Positions 50,107-61,190 of a stretch of 64,000 nt of DNA are shown here, piece by piece (the first letter of the stretch is position 1; each line of letters begins with the position of its first letter). A program made the position numbers and the translations under genes. The notes below the pieces were generated by a model that had not been told where the DNA came from, ran no database searches, and was given only the letters and a program-made list of their open reading frames with translations. The DNA comes from Gallionellaceae bacterium (GTDB lineage: Bacteria; Pseudomonadota; Gammaproteobacteria; Burkholderiales; Gallionellaceae), in NCBI GenBank assembly GCA_043755195.1, contig JAYUTK010000001.1, positions 2,875 to 66,874 of the forward strand, given 5' to 3'.

Positions 50107-51129
50107 TCACACGCATGCGCTACGCAAACATGAAGCTAACCGAGGTGCCAGTGCATGAATACTAAATGATTCAACTGCAACCCGCCGACCAACCGCTCCC
50201 ATATCCAAGCGCATTGATGCACTATCAAGCAAGGCGATCAAGGCATCCAGCCACTGCTCTTGTGTACTGGCTCCAATACCAACATTTCCCATGGCCAACA
50301 CTTCGGCATTCATACCTACCGGTGATGCCACCAGAGGCAACCCACACGACATATACTGAAGCATTTTGAAGCTGCACTTCCCGCGCCCCCATTCTGAGTC
50401 CTCCAGAGGCATGATGCCAACATCCATGCTTTGAATATTTTCCACTTCTATGTTTTCCGACCAACGAACAAATTCACAACGATTCATATCGATCAAACGG
50501 AACTTGGGCATTTGGTCGCAGACTATGCGTATCTTTACGTTCGGTTGAGTTTCCATGACCTTTGCCAATGTAGCTTCTATGGCATACACATACTTCAAAT
50601 TGCCGGATGTGCCAATCCACCCTATCACCTTACCATTCTCGCTTTGACCTCGGGACGCGAGTGGCACATATCGCTCCGTATCTACCGCTGTAGGTAATAC
50701 AGTGACATTGCGATTCCACTTGCCAAACCAATTTGCCAGATAGGTGTTGCCACAGACCACCTGATCAGACATCTGGGCTAGTTTACGTGCAAAGCCACAA
50801 TTCCGAAGCAAGAAAATTGCATCGTCAACATCCAGAACTCTTGGTTTTTTAGTCAGCGACTCCAACGTCACAAAGGTTGACAGCATTTCACGCTGCAACA
50901 GCACCACATCATAGTCATGCGATTTGATTACTTTCGGAATCATCTCCAACAGGGTTGCACCCGCCCACAGGGGTCTTAGCCATTTGTCTTCGGGTGGGTA
51001 TTTTCCAAAGTGAGGGTACATTTCCTCCACCATTACCCCCTCTTTCACCAATGATGGAATGTATTGCCGCACACGGAACCGCGCGCTTGGAACAATGGCG
51101 CCACCTGTTATCGCCGCAACTTTAAGCAT
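50107..51129 (-). CDS. GT4 glycosyltransferase
   Basis: VPSARFRVRQY, LDVDDAIF, IGWIGT, GKCSFKMLQYMSCG. Confidence 0.92.
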   Translation of the reverse strand: MLKVAAITGGAIVPSARFRVRQYIPSLVKEGVMVEEMYPHFGKYPPEDKWLRPLWAGATLLEMIPKVIKSHDYDVVLLQREMLSTFVTLESLTKKPRVLDVDDAIFLLRNCGFARKLAQMSDQVVCGNTYLANWFGKWNRNVTVLPTAVDTERYVPLASRGQSENGKVIGWIGTSGNLKYVYAIEATLAKVMETQPNVKIRIVCDQMPKFRLIDMNRCEFVRWSENIEVENIQSMDVGIMPLEDSEWGRGKCSFKMLQYMSCGLPLVASPVGMNAEVLAMGNVGIGASTQEQWLDALIALLDSASMRLDMGAVGRRVAVESFSIHALAPRLASCLRSACV

Positions 51130-51392
51130 TGTTCAATCCTTTACCAGTGGATTTAACACAGAACTGACGCACCAGCATGGGCACAATCTTGTATATAAAC
51201 ACCAAAAAAATCAGCATCTTGATATGCCGTTCAATCCCAAAAAAAAGTGTTCCCCATGGAAGCTAAATACTAGGGCAACACACATATTCGCGTAGAAAAC
51301 AACCCCAATCACCCCACCCCTCATCGCCTTTCTGTTGAGCACGGTTAAAATCACGCCAAGTCCAAACATGATAATCATTGTTCCAATCCATC
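51130..51392 (-). pseudogene. C-terminal remnant of a Wzy-like polymerase
   Basis: GWIGTMIIMFGLGVILTVLNRKAMRGGVIGVVFYANMCVALVFSFHGEHFFLGLN in a frame not shown in the ORF track. Confidence 0.55.
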
Positions 51393-51691
51393 CGAGCGGC
51401 CAAGCCTCCCAGCAAATCGGCGTGGTACAACCAACTCTGCACGATGTCGGGCTTAACCCTGCGAATCAATAAAACCAACTGGAAAAAATGCGCAATTGGT
51501 GAGTGTTTAAAGTCAAAGACAATTAACTCAACGCCTGCTTCTTCAAAACGATTTCGCATATCTCCCACAGGATCTAGCGAAACACCAAGATGCTCATATT
51601 GACTACTGCGCGCGCTGATGATGAGGCGATGTAACATCATTTCGGCCCTACCAACTTTTAGCCCGCTGATAACGTGCAATACTTTTGGCAT
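51393..51691 (-). pseudogene. N-terminal remnant of a GT4 paralogous to 48966-50096
   Basis: KVLHVISGLKVGRAEMML...QSWLYHADLLGGLAAR, then homology stops. Confidence 0.85.
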
Positions 51692-52222
51692 CAGCGAACA
51701 CCATGCCGAAACGCGCCCACAGATATTGCCACAACGTCGGATGATGCCAGATTTCCGAGGGCAGATCGTCTCTTCGAAGAGTCCGTAAGTTCCCAGAAAT
51801 TACGTCTGCAATTGCGCGCCGCATGAGTTGCCGCAAATAATGAGTGATGCGGAGCGCGCAATGCGGTCTGCACTAGCCCCCCGAGGGCCAAAGAAAATAG
51901 CGTCATCCACATCAAAAACAAAAGGCTTTCGCAACAACGGTTCCCATGTACAAAGAGTCGCCGTCAGATTCCGTTGAAGGAAGCGCAGGTCGTATCGATT
52001 TGCGCGCAGAGTGCGCACAAGGTTTTCAGCCACGGTCATCGCCAGCCATGCCGGTCGACGAATGTGCGCAGCAGGAGCATAGGCACCTAAAGAGCTGCGC
52101 AATTCTGATACTTCGAATCCGTACTTCCTTAAGTCTTCAACGAACTGAGACCATCGAAATCTTGCGCTTGGAACTCTCTCACCTTGTGTTATTCCAATTA
52201 ACTTTGGTGCGTCTATTTTCAT
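51691..52222 (-). pseudogene. Internally deleted GT4 paralogous to 50107-51129
   Basis: VPSARFRWSQF...FDVDDAIF...ICGNS followed by a C-terminal remnant LTDSSKRRSALGNLA in another frame. Confidence 0.8.
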
Positions 52223-52333
52223 GGGAAACTCTAATCGCCAGTAGGTTAAGGGGTATTCTGATGCACAGCGATATAATCATCTGATAAAACATGCAGTGCA
52301 GGTTGTAGTAAGCCAATTTTCAATTCATCCGTC

Positions 52334-53317
52334 TCACCCAAGGCTTGGGTGAATAATTGAGAGCCATGTAAACCGCAGGATGTTCAAATAGGAAAGCAAG
52401 CAAATGAAAGCCAATAAACCAACAAAATTCGGAAGAGATCTTCTATACAAAATCAGCGCGGGCAAAATCAGCAAGCACCATGCAACTTCTAGGTATCGCG
52501 TGCTCGCCGTGACAACCATGCCAGATATGCCAAATGCTATGGCAATCAACCCATAAATTACAGGTTTTGCGATTATTAGGAATTGAATAACAGAATCTGC
52601 TCGCTGGGCGCTGGCAACCCTTTCAAAACGGTAAAACACTAATTGGGAAATAATAAGCGTTGCCATCGGCACAGCGTATGCGAATAAAGTACCCTGATTC
52701 TCCGCGTAATCAGCACCGTGTGGAAATAAGTCAATTAGCAATGCCCCAATCGATGACATCAAAACAGCAATAACCACATACAAAATTTTATGTCTTGCAA
52801 GAAACTTGTTTAATGGGAGGTATGCAAGAAAAACAGCCGGTAGGATTGCCATGTGTGACGCAACCGCCAATAGCGAGAAGACAGTAAAGGGGAGCTTTTT
52901 TTCACTATACGCCAAGGCAAGCATGAGAAAACCAATCGCAAGTCCACCTCGGATTGCAGCAAACTCTAGGCCAGGAGAAAGGAAAATGGCATACATAACA
53001 AAAAAACTCAGTAAATACTGCGGAGCCATTCTCTTAACCGCAAAGTATTTTGTAGCGACAGATAAAATACATACAAGTAGGAATGCCAATTTAGCATTTT
53101 CGTTAAAATAATTCGCCAAAGTGATCAACAAGAGGAAGGCTACATCCTTTGCATAGAATAACTTCAAGGCCATATCCTCAGTCGATAAAACCCCCTCATA
53201 CATCATTAGATAACCTTTACGATCTATACCAACATCCCTCCAGCCAGAAATAAAGGCAAGGGCAATGGCACCGATAAGGGCTATAAGTGCGAATATTTTT
53301 GTGCGCTTAACAATCAT
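52334..53317 (-). CDS. wzy: Wzy/EpsG-family polymerase
   Basis: Multi-TM protein, GWRDVGIDRKGY, AAIRGGLA, LAVASHM; position in a Wzx cluster. Confidence 0.75.
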   Translation of the reverse strand: MIVKRTKIFALIALIGAIALAFISGWRDVGIDRKGYLMMYEGVLSTEDMALKLFYAKDVAFLLLITLANYFNENAKLAFLLVCILSVATKYFAVKRMAPQYLLSFFVMYAIFLSPGLEFAAIRGGLAIGFLMLALAYSEKKLPFTVFSLLAVASHMAILPAVFLAYLPLNKFLARHKILYVVIAVLMSSIGALLIDLFPHGADYAENQGTLFAYAVPMATLIISQLVFYRFERVASAQRADSVIQFLIIAKPVIYGLIAIAFGISGMVVTASTRYLEVAWCLLILPALILYRRSLPNFVGLLAFICLLSYLNILRFTWLSIIHPSLG

Positions 53318-53481
53318 GGCTCATAGTTATATTAGCTTGCAATCAATCAGCGTGGAAATTACTGCTCGCCATAACCACCACGCAACAGCGCCATCACATA
53401 AACGCTCTGCCTTTTGAATGATATGCTTATAGCTTATATTCAGTCTACCCGGGGTATCCCGTATTTTTGGCTTCCCAGCTT

Positions 53482-54576
53482 TCACAAAAGGGTTTTATCG
53501 GCCAGAAGACGCAACATTTTATTGGCAGCAGGTTCCCATCCAAAACCAGCAATATCCTTGGACGCTTTCATCACCTTATCCCTATATTCGCTTCCAGAAA
53601 TAATGTCGTTAACTGCAACAACTATCGAGCTTGAGCTACCGATTTCAACAATCCAGCTATTCTTTTCATCGGCAGGCAAATACCCGGTAGTTACCACAGG
53701 CACACCACACGCCATAGCCTCCATTACGGGGTAATGGGGTGCGCCGTGCTGCACGATACCGGGTGCTAGCATAATGTCCAGTGTGCGATAATAATCAGCC
53801 AACTCTTTGTCATTTTTGGGAATCACAACCCTCAACCCAGGATGAGACCAATCTGCGGGTAAGTTCCCAAATGCAACGTGTAGCTGAAAACGTTGATCCT
53901 GTACATAAAGAGCTTTAAACGCATCTAGCACATACTTAATCCCCTTTGCTGGCTCTGTCCGCCCAATACATCCCAATACAATTTCTTGAGCAGTTACTAA
54001 GTCCTTGTGCACGTTCTTCGAATAGAAAAGGTCAAAATTGATACCTGGAGGCACCCATTCTTTTGCACGAATATTCTTGTAACCGATATATATTGGCGCA
54101 TTGCAAATTTGAACAAGGTCGAAACCGTAACTTCTGGTGGATAACCATTCGATCACCCTAGATTTCAGCCCTTTCTTCAAAGCGGAATACTCAGGCTCAT
54201 ACGCTTGAATGTAATAGAATTTCTTGGCACCGCCGCTATTTGCTAAAGCAACAGGCCATGCTGTTAAGGAGTGATTCGCTAATATAACGTCATAATCCTT
54301 GCCGATTTTAAAGATAGCTTTGTACAAACTAATCAAGTTAATCCAGCCGTTGAACATGCGAGGTGACCTTTCTACACGTTCAGCATCGCTTATTAATTTA
54401 CCTGAATTAGTTACCCATCTTATTCCCGCGTTAGTAGGGAAATATGGCAGCGAGCTGGCTTCGTTAACCAGAAAATTCACTTCATGTCCATCACGTGTCC
54501 AATGATTGGCTAATTCAGCAAGAACACGACTTCCCCCTGCGCGACCAAACCCGAGAATTGGGATAAGAATTTTCAT
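53482..54576 (-). CDS. GT4 glycosyltransferase
   Basis: GGSRVLAELANH, YYIQAYEPE, PVMEAMACGVPVVTT. Confidence 0.9.
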   Translation of the reverse strand: MKILIPILGFGRAGGSRVLAELANHWTRDGHEVNFLVNEASSLPYFPTNAGIRWVTNSGKLISDAERVERSPRMFNGWINLISLYKAIFKIGKDYDVILANHSLTAWPVALANSGGAKKFYYIQAYEPEYSALKKGLKSRVIEWLSTRSYGFDLVQICNAPIYIGYKNIRAKEWVPPGINFDLFYSKNVHKDLVTAQEIVLGCIGRTEPAKGIKYVLDAFKALYVQDQRFQLHVAFGNLPADWSHPGLRVVIPKNDKELADYYRTLDIMLAPGIVQHGAPHYPVMEAMACGVPVVTTGYLPADEKNSWIVEIGSSSSIVVAVNDIISGSEYRDKVMKASKDIAGFGWEPAANKMLRLLADKTLL

Positions 54577-55850
54577 TTACTTACTATCTCCACTTTGATT
54601 TCCATTTTGTTCATTTCATGCCGCACCAGATAAATCATACACACCCAATACACACTATAATTCACGGCATATGCAATCGATACACCCTGCAAACCCCACT
54701 TGCTGACAAAGACCCATGTCAACAAGAAAAAAGAAGCGCAAAAGACAATCTCCGTAATGACAAATAATTTGACCATGGCTCGCCCAAGCATGATGTAGGC
54801 AAGTACAAATGCACCAATTTTGATTACATCTCCCGTGAGCTGCCATGAAAATAACTCGCGCATCGGTAAGAAGTCTGAGGTAAACAAAATTTGGATGATG
54901 AAGTCACGAAGTGCATAAATCGTTATCGCACCCACAATGACAATTGGCATCACGAAACGATAAACCTTGAAAACCTCGGTCTTCAATTCCTCTGCGGACC
55001 TAATTTCAGCCAGACGTGGCAGGTAATAGACGGTTAGCGTGGTGGTTATCAGCATTAAATAAATCTCACTAATCTTCCATGAAGCCTGCCAGTAGCCTGC
55101 GGCAGCTAGCCCCAGATTTGTTGTCAAGTGATTACGGATTAACATGTAGGTGACGGGAACAGTTAAGGCGGAAGTCAATCCCATCAGACCAAAGCCAGCG
55201 AGTTCACGCAATGCTATGCGATTCATCTTTCCCCAAAGAAATTTAGCCTTGAACCAATCGCGTTTCCCAATCATAGCTGCGGTGGAAAGCAGCGTGACAG
55301 CTGGGTTAATCGTGAATGCGACCAACGCACCGTATAACCCAAACATATATGCCAACAAGCCCGTTAACAGCATACTAATCAGGCTGCCGATGATGTTGGC
55401 AATCACATAGATGCCGACTTCTTTTTTGCCATTGACGATGGCGAGCAATAAATTATTTGCTGCCATTGCGGGCAAGGCTAGTGCTAACCATACAAAGACG
55501 CTGGACATGTCCGTGCTATGCAGCAGCCATAACGACAGCCAATCCCCTACAAACAGCAGGCTCACTCCCGCGATTAGCGATGCGCCCAAAGAAAACCGTA
55601 TCGCTGTTTGCCAGACTGCATGTTGCTTGGCTTCATCATCAAAATGCTGGGCGGTCGCCTTGGTGACTCCCGTCGCCACCACACCACCGGCAAGGCTGAC
55701 CACGATGGAAACCGCATTCTGGAACTGCCCGATGATGGCGTAACCGGCTGGGCCAACATAGACTGCCAATATCTTATTGAGTACAAGAGCACTAGCAACT
55801 TTCACTGCAACGGCGATGCCGTTGAGCAGGCTGGTTTTAACCAAACTCAT
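54573..55850 (-). CDS. wzx: O-antigen flippase (WzxE-like)
   Basis: [45 protein letters not shown]. Confidence 0.92.
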   Translation of the reverse strand: MSLVKTSLLNGIAVAVKVASALVLNKILAVYVGPAGYAIIGQFQNAVSIVVSLAGGVVATGVTKATAQHFDDEAKQHAVWQTAIRFSLGASLIAGVSLLFVGDWLSLWLLHSTDMSSVFVWLALALPAMAANNLLLAIVNGKKEVGIYVIANIIGSLISMLLTGLLAYMFGLYGALVAFTINPAVTLLSTAAMIGKRDWFKAKFLWGKMNRIALRELAGFGLMGLTSALTVPVTYMLIRNHLTTNLGLAAAGYWQASWKISEIYLMLITTTLTVYYLPRLAEIRSAEELKTEVFKVYRFVMPIVIVGAITIYALRDFIIQILFTSDFLPMRELFSWQLTGDVIKIGAFVLAYIMLGRAMVKLFVITEIVFCASFFLLTWVFVSKWGLQGVSIAYAVNYSVYWVCMIYLVRHEMNKMEIKVEIVSK

Positions 55851-56953
55851 TCGGCTGCCACCTGCGCTTCGCGACAAGCCACTACCACCTGGTTGGTTTG
55901 CTCCAGTGTCATGCTCGGAAACATGGGTAAACTCAACACCTCATCATGAATTCGTTCAGCGATGGGAAATGCTCCTTTGCCAAACCCAAGGTCGGCATAC
56001 GCACCCTGTAGATGCGGCGGGATCGGGTAATGAATCAGGGTGCCGATACCCGCTTGATTGAGCTGCTGCTGGAATTGTTCACGCGTTTTGCTGCGCACGA
56101 CAAACAGATGCCACACGGGCTCTGCCCAATCCGGAACAACTGGAATCGTCAAGCCGATGTTTGCTAACCCAGCCAGATATTGCGCAGCAATTTTTCGGCG
56201 TACCTCGTTCCAGCGATCCAAGTGTTGCAGTTTAACGCGCAATATTGCCGCTTGCAGGGTATCAAGACGACTATTAAAGCCACGAACATCATTGACATAC
56301 TTCACACGCGAACCGTAGTTACGTAGCACACGAATACGATCCGCGATTACAGGATCATCTGTGGTAATTGCACCGCCATCGCCGAATGCACCCAGATTCT
56401 TGCCGGGGTAAAAGCTCCACGCCACCACATCACCATGCGCACCGAGCCGCTTGCCTTTGTAACGTGCGCCGTGCGCCTGCGCGCCGTCTTCTAGCACTTT
56501 CAAACCATGTTTCCGCGCAATCGCCAAAATCGGGTCCATGTCGGCTGGCTGCCCATACAAATGCACGGGCAGAATGACTTTTGTGCGCGGTGTAATCGCT
56601 GCTTTAATGCACGCCGGGTCTATGTTGTAGGTCGCGGCATCCGGCTCAACCGGTATCGGTGTTGCACCGCACTGGCTGACTGCCAGCCAAGTGGCGATGT
56701 AGGTGTTGCTCGGCACGATGACTTCATCGCCCGCACCAACACCCAAAGCCAGCAGTGCCAGATGCAAGGCATCCAGGCCATTCGCCACGCCCACGCAATG
56801 CTTCGCTTCACAGTAGGCCGCATGCTCTTGCTCAAAGGCATCTACTTCTTCGCCGAGGATATACCAGCCCGAGTCAAGCACGCGCTTTATCGCGGCATCA
56901 ATTTCCTGTTGGAGTTCGAGATAGGCTGCTTTTAAATCAAGGAAAGGTATCAA
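55847..56953 (-). CDS. DegT/DnrJ aminotransferase (FdtB/QdtB-like)
   Basis: [56 protein letters not shown]. Confidence 0.93.
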   Translation of the reverse strand: MIPFLDLKAAYLELQQEIDAAIKRVLDSGWYILGEEVDAFEQEHAAYCEAKHCVGVANGLDALHLALLALGVGAGDEVIVPSNTYIATWLAVSQCGATPIPVEPDAATYNIDPACIKAAITPRTKVILPVHLYGQPADMDPILAIARKHGLKVLEDGAQAHGARYKGKRLGAHGDVVAWSFYPGKNLGAFGDGGAITTDDPVIADRIRVLRNYGSRVKYVNDVRGFNSRLDTLQAAILRVKLQHLDRWNEVRRKIAAQYLAGLANIGLTIPVVPDWAEPVWHLFVVRSKTREQFQQQLNQAGIGTLIHYPIPPHLQGAYADLGFGKGAFPIAERIHDEVLSLPMFPSMTLEQTNQVVVACREAQVAAE

Positions 56954-57514
56954 CTATTTCTCCACTTTCAATGAAACCGGCAAGTAACGCCTATAGCGAT
57001 GCATTGATGTACGTATAGCTTCATTGGTTATTATGTATTCGTACTCGACATCATTTTCTGCAATTCGAGTTGCACCGAAACGCTCATGAAATATAGTGAC
57101 TCGCTCGTTTTCTTTGTTAACCTGAAAGTGCGCGGTTAAGAAGCCTAATGTATCAAGTGCGTATGCATACACGATAAGCGCAGATTCGATTGCGACTGAT
57201 TGTGGCACACCATCCTTGATGATCCAGCTGCCCCAACAAAAACTATGCTTTACACTATCATATAACCGAACAGTCCCTAGTGATTCACCCGCTTCATTTT
57301 CAATAATAAAATAAGCCTCGTTGTCACGAAGAGCATATCGTTCCAGCCACAATTCTTGGTCTGAAAGTTGATTGGAAACAATGGATAGATGGCGTGATTT
57401 CTTTACGTCTGTTCGCAGCTCTAAAATAAAGGCGGCATCTGAATATTCGGCATTTCTAAATACAAGGTTTTTCCCAATTACCAGCTTCGCTTTATGCAAG
57501 ATTGGGTATGACAT
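56954..57514 (-). CDS. GNAT N-acyltransferase
   Basis: DAAFILELR, YFII, GTVRLYD, WGSWII. Confidence 0.8.
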   Translation of the reverse strand: MSYPILHKAKLVIGKNLVFRNAEYSDAAFILELRTDVKKSRHLSIVSNQLSDQELWLERYALRDNEAYFIIENEAGESLGTVRLYDSVKHSFCWGSWIIKDGVPQSVAIESALIVYAYALDTLGFLTAHFQVNKENERVTIFHERFGATRIAENDVEYEYIITNEAIRTSMHRYRRYLPVSLKVEK

Positions 57515-58450
57515 TTAAGGCATCACCATCTTAATAAATTCGGAATAATCGCGAATATAGTCGGCCGCATCATAGTGATGCGAAGCAAACACCAGCAGTA
57601 CCGCATCTTTTGAATATTTGTATTGCACCCCCCAAACCATCGGTGGCAGGTAAATTCCTTTGTCAGGGGAATCCAGCAACACTTCTGTGCGATTAACGCC
57701 ATCATCCGCCAAGACTGCACAATTTCCACGCACGCAAATTAAAAATTGATGGCAGACACGATGCGTATGTTCACCCCGCGTCTCTTTGCTTGGAACATCA
57801 AACACCATGAAGTAACGCTTTGGAACGAAAGGTATGTGTTGTTCAAATTCAGCCACCGTGAGACTGCCACGCAGGTCGGGTATCAGTGGGAATTTATGTA
57901 TTGTGACACCTCGTACAACTGTGTCGTCGGAGAATGGTGGTTTGCGTTCATCTTTCGGTAGTTGCTGTTTAATACTTACTTCCAGCTTGGTGTTGGTGTA
58001 ACCCACAATACGCGCCGGATTGCCCTCCACAATTGCATTGGGTGGCACAGAGCGTGTCACGACTGCTCCGGCTCCAATCATCGCACCTTCAGCCACCGTC
58101 ACGCCCGGCAAGATGGTGGCATTTGCGCCAATAGAGGCACCAGCCTTGATAGTAGTTTGCAAGAACTGCTCAGGGTACACCTTGGAACGCGGCATCAGAT
58201 CATTGGTGAAAGTGACGTTTGGCCCGATAAAGACGTTATCTTCTATCCGCACACCATTCCAAAGCTGCACGCCGCTTTTAACTGTGACATTATCGCCAAT
58301 CACCACATCGTTTTCAATCAATACCTGTGCGCAGATGTTGCAGTTCGCACCAATTTTGGCACCTGCAAACACCACGCAAAATTGCCAGATGCGTGTACCT
58401 TCTCCAATGTCATTGCTTTGCACATCGGCTAATGGGTGAAATTTACTCAT
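57515..58450 (-). CDS. WxcM-like bifunctional hexapeptide acyltransferase / FdtA-type 3,4-ketoisomerase
   Basis: [24 protein letters not shown]; C-terminal [19 protein letters not shown] cupin. Confidence 0.92.
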   Translation of the reverse strand: MSKFHPLADVQSNDIGEGTRIWQFCVVFAGAKIGANCNICAQVLIENDVVIGDNVTVKSGVQLWNGVRIEDNVFIGPNVTFTNDLMPRSKVYPEQFLQTTIKAGASIGANATILPGVTVAEGAMIGAGAVVTRSVPPNAIVEGNPARIVGYTNTKLEVSIKQQLPKDERKPPFSDDTVVRGVTIHKFPLIPDLRGSLTVAEFEQHIPFVPKRYFMVFDVPSKETRGEHTHRVCHQFLICVRGNCAVLADDGVNRTEVLLDSPDKGIYLPPMVWGVQYKYSKDAVLLVFASHHYDAADYIRDYSEFIKMVMP

Positions 58451-58599
58451 TAATTAACCCCATATTGTCGTTTAAAACCATCCCTTTTTTCTCACCAAAT
58501 TTATGACGTAACCAGCTTTTTTTCATATTGTTAACAATTTCTCTGCCATAAGCACATCAAGCCGTAGATAGCACAAATCATTACCCGCAGAAAATTAAC

Positions 58600-58740
58600 T
58601 GCCCCAAGCTCATCCAGGCGCAGGCAGGTGATGTCAGATGTCCAGACCTGATTGGGGGAAAGATCGGGTTGGGGCCAGAATGTTTTGCTGGCCACATCAA
58701 ATCGGAGCACTTCGGGAAGGCGATCATGTGTCGTGCGCTC
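58600..58740 (-). pseudogene. IS3-family transposase core remnant
   Basis: PNQVWTSDITCLR on the minus strand, matching the rve N-terminal motif; no full ORF. Confidence 0.55.
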
Positions 58741-58913
58741 ATGTTTTTTTACTGTGGCATTTTATACATAGCGACATAAATTTACTGCGCGATTCGGGGG
58801 TGGGGTCGGGCAGTTCTCGCGATCCTCACATACGAATGTGTATGCTCCGGGCGCTATGTGCTGGCCTCCCCCGCCCGCAAACCGCTCGCTACGATTTCTG
58901 TCGCCATGTATCA

Positions 58914-59393
58914 TCAAGCCCAGCCCCGCCTCTCGATTTCGGCAATCATTTTGCTGGCTGTTGCGATGAGTGCAGGCACAAAATAATGGCCGCTTTGCAG
59001 GGCATTGCTCAGTATGACTGGGTCTTCAACGTATTCATGGATCATTTGGTTTCTAAGATTGCGCATGGTCATCCATTCATCAGCAGACTTGAGCAGCCCC
59101 AAGCGTTCGGCTCGGTCAAGATTATCAATGGCGGCAGAAGACTTTTCACCCAAGGCGGCGATAAGTAGTGGCAATAATTTGTCGCCCACTGTGTCTTGCA
59201 GGCGGCCAAATCTGCCTACAAAGGCTTCCACTCGTTCTGCCAGGTCTGGGTCTTCTTCGAGCCGGGTTGCTTGCTCCAGGGTAAACAAGCCTTCAAATAG
59301 TCGCTGATCTGTGGTGGTGAGGTGCTGGCATTCTTTGCGCACGACTCTTACCAAAAATTGCAGGCGCAATAGGATTTTTGGCTCCACTGTCAT
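58914..59393 (-). CDS. HEPN RNase toxin (HepT-like)
   Basis: RFGRLQDTVG, RNQMIHEY (RX4HXY); 4-nt overlap with the MNT gene. Confidence 0.85.
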   Translation of the reverse strand: MTVEPKILLRLQFLVRVVRKECQHLTTTDQRLFEGLFTLEQATRLEEDPDLAERVEAFVGRFGRLQDTVGDKLLPLLIAALGEKSSAAIDNLDRAERLGLLKSADEWMTMRNLRNQMIHEYVEDPVILSNALQSGHYFVPALIATASKMIAEIERRGWA

Positions 59394-59689
59394 AACAATT
59401 TCCCTTCTTTGAATGCGATGTCATGAATGGGCAGGCGCATTAGGTTGGGTGCGCTGAGCAGTACATCTACTTTGCGCCCGTGCATAACGCGCGATACTTG
59501 GGCGGACATTTGTGCGGAGATAAGTGCAGGGTTATCCACGGGTTCCGGCAATTCAAGCATGATGTCAATATCTCCACCGTGTGCTGCGTCATCAAGCCTG
59601 GAGCCGAATATTCGCACGCGGGTTTGAGCCCCCGCTACTTGATACGCGAGCTGTCGAATAGTTTTGATTTGATAGTCTGTCAGGCGCAT
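59390..59689 (-). CDS. Minimal nucleotidyltransferase antitoxin (MntA-like)
   Basis: FGSRLDDAAHGGDIDI (GSX10DXD), RKVDV. Confidence 0.9.
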   Translation of the reverse strand: MRLTDYQIKTIRQLAYQVAGAQTRVRIFGSRLDDAAHGGDIDIMLELPEPVDNPALISAQMSAQVSRVMHGRKVDVLLSAPNLMRLPIHDIAFKEGKLL

Positions 59690-59849
59690 GGTTTTCTTGT
59701 GCCAAAGGACTCTACCACGCTTTTGGTGATTTGCTCTTGAGATAGGATCAATCGCATTTGGCTATATTCATCCGTAAACAGACATTTGAATAAACCGTTG
59801 CGTTTGTTGTACTGCCCACGCGGCATCCTCCTCTTCGACTGAATCACCT

Positions 59850-59935
59850 CTGCATCGGCTATTTTCAGCCCCTTTCCAATGCAGTACGGCAGTTGATAGC
59901 CACATAACGTGACGGCTTTGCTGATGTCGGCCAGC
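59850..59935 (-). pseudogene. Second, diverged 3' remnant of a WbpP/TviC epimerase gene
   Basis: ADISKAVTLCGYQLPYCIGKGLKIA aligns with ADISKAATLLGYNPTHHIGEGLKVA at about 61040-61120. Confidence 0.7.
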
Positions 59936-59962
59936 AAGACGGCGGTTGCCTTGTCATTCGAC

Positions 59963-61000
59963 TCAATCAATCTCATTCTCTTCCCATCCCTGCAATCGTT
60001 CCCGAATTTCTTCCTCGCTTGGCAGCAGGTGCTGGTAGGCTGCCGGAAGATGTGAGGTAAGACTGTAGGTGGCGATGCCGATGGGCTGTGTAGTAGTTTT
60101 CAGCGCATATTCGACTACGGTTTTTTTCTTGCTCTTGCAAATGATGATGCCGATGGCGTCGTTTTCGTCCGGCAGCTTAACTTGCTCATTGAGCGCCACG
60201 AGGTAGAACTCCATTTTGCCTTTATGCTCGGGCTGGAATTCACCGATTTTGAGTTCCACAGCGATCAAGCTTTTCAGCGCCCGGTGGTATAGCAGCAAAT
60301 CAATGTAGTAGTCGTTGCCTTCCACGGTCAGCCGGTATTGACTGCCCACAAAGGTGAAGTGCGGCCCCATTTCGGTAAGGAATCTCTGAACATTGGCGAT
60401 CAGGGCAGTTTCGAGTTCGCGCTCCTCGTGTGCGTCGGAGAGTTCGAGAAAGTCGAACGTGTAGTGATCTTTGACCGCCAGTTTGGCTTGCGCGGCGATG
60501 GCTTGCGGCAGGGCGTTGTCGAAACTGGTCTGGTTGAGCAGGTATTTTTCGTAGGTCTGGTTGTCGATCTGGTGCTCCAGTACGCGGCGTGTCCAGCCAA
60601 AGCGGGCAGTGGCGCGCAGGTAGAACTCGCGCTGTAGTGGGTTTGGGCAGCGGTCGAGGATTAGGGTGTTTTTGGTCCAGGCGATTTCTGCAGCCAGTGG
60701 CTGCAGAATTGGCTGCTCCTTGTATTCTCGGTAAAACGTGCGCATATACCAAAGATTGCGCCCGGAGAAGCCGCTCTTTTCGCCGAATTCGGCACGCAGA
60801 TCGGCAGATAGCCGCTCGACAACGGCCTTGCCCCAGCCTTCTGTTTCCTGACGTTCCTCGATCAGTTTGCCAATGTCCCAGTAGAGGGCAATCAGCTCTT
60901 TGTTGACCGCACGCAGCGCGGCATATTGCGCCGTGTGTATGCGGGTTTTGAGTTCGGTCAACAGCGTTCCGTAACCAGTGCCCTTCACTACATCACTCAT
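59963..61000 (-). CDS. DUF1016/YhcG PD-(D/E)XK nuclease-family protein
   Basis: VNKELIALYWDIG, GFSGRNLWYMRTF, KDHYTFDFL, YYIDLLLYHR, VELKIGEFQPEHKGKM, IGIIICK. Confidence 0.93.
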   Translation of the reverse strand: MSDVVKGTGYGTLLTELKTRIHTAQYAALRAVNKELIALYWDIGKLIEERQETEGWGKAVVERLSADLRAEFGEKSGFSGRNLWYMRTFYREYKEQPILQPLAAEIAWTKNTLILDRCPNPLQREFYLRATARFGWTRRVLEHQIDNQTYEKYLLNQTSFDNALPQAIAAQAKLAVKDHYTFDFLELSDAHEERELETALIANVQRFLTEMGPHFTFVGSQYRLTVEGNDYYIDLLLYHRALKSLIAVELKIGEFQPEHKGKMEFYLVALNEQVKLPDENDAIGIIICKSKKKTVVEYALKTTTQPIGIATYSLTSHLPAAYQHLLPSEEEIRERLQGWEENEID

Positions 61001-61190
61001 GCATTGCCTTGTTGCGTTAGGTGTTGTGCATACCCATCCATCGCCACTTTCAGTCCTTCGCCAATGTGATGGGTGGGATTGTAGCCTAGCAGCGTGGCTG
61101 CTTTGCTGATGTCGGCAAACGAGTGACGCACATTACCTGCACAAAAATCACGATACACGGGTTTCGCGCCTTGCATTTGGGCGAACTCTG
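60997..61190 (-). pseudogene. 3' remnant of a WbpP/TviC UDP-GlcNAc 4-epimerase gene
   Basis: AKPVYRDFCAGNVRHSFADISKAATLLGY...GEGLKVAM; upstream part replaced at an IS-like end. Confidence 0.85.

Noticed and set aside
51205-51246. Poly-A tracts as a phase-variation switch
   Set aside because: They lie in a wzy remnant whose 5' part is deleted, so slippage could not restore a gene
59680-59976. 98-aa ORF as a genuine gene
   Set aside because: It is a mosaic of an epimerase tail and unrelated sequence overlapping both neighbours
40508-61000. Integron cassette array for the TA/nuclease genes
   Set aside because: No intI, and no attC-like RYYYAAC...GTTRRRY sites recognised by eye; cargo occurs on both strands
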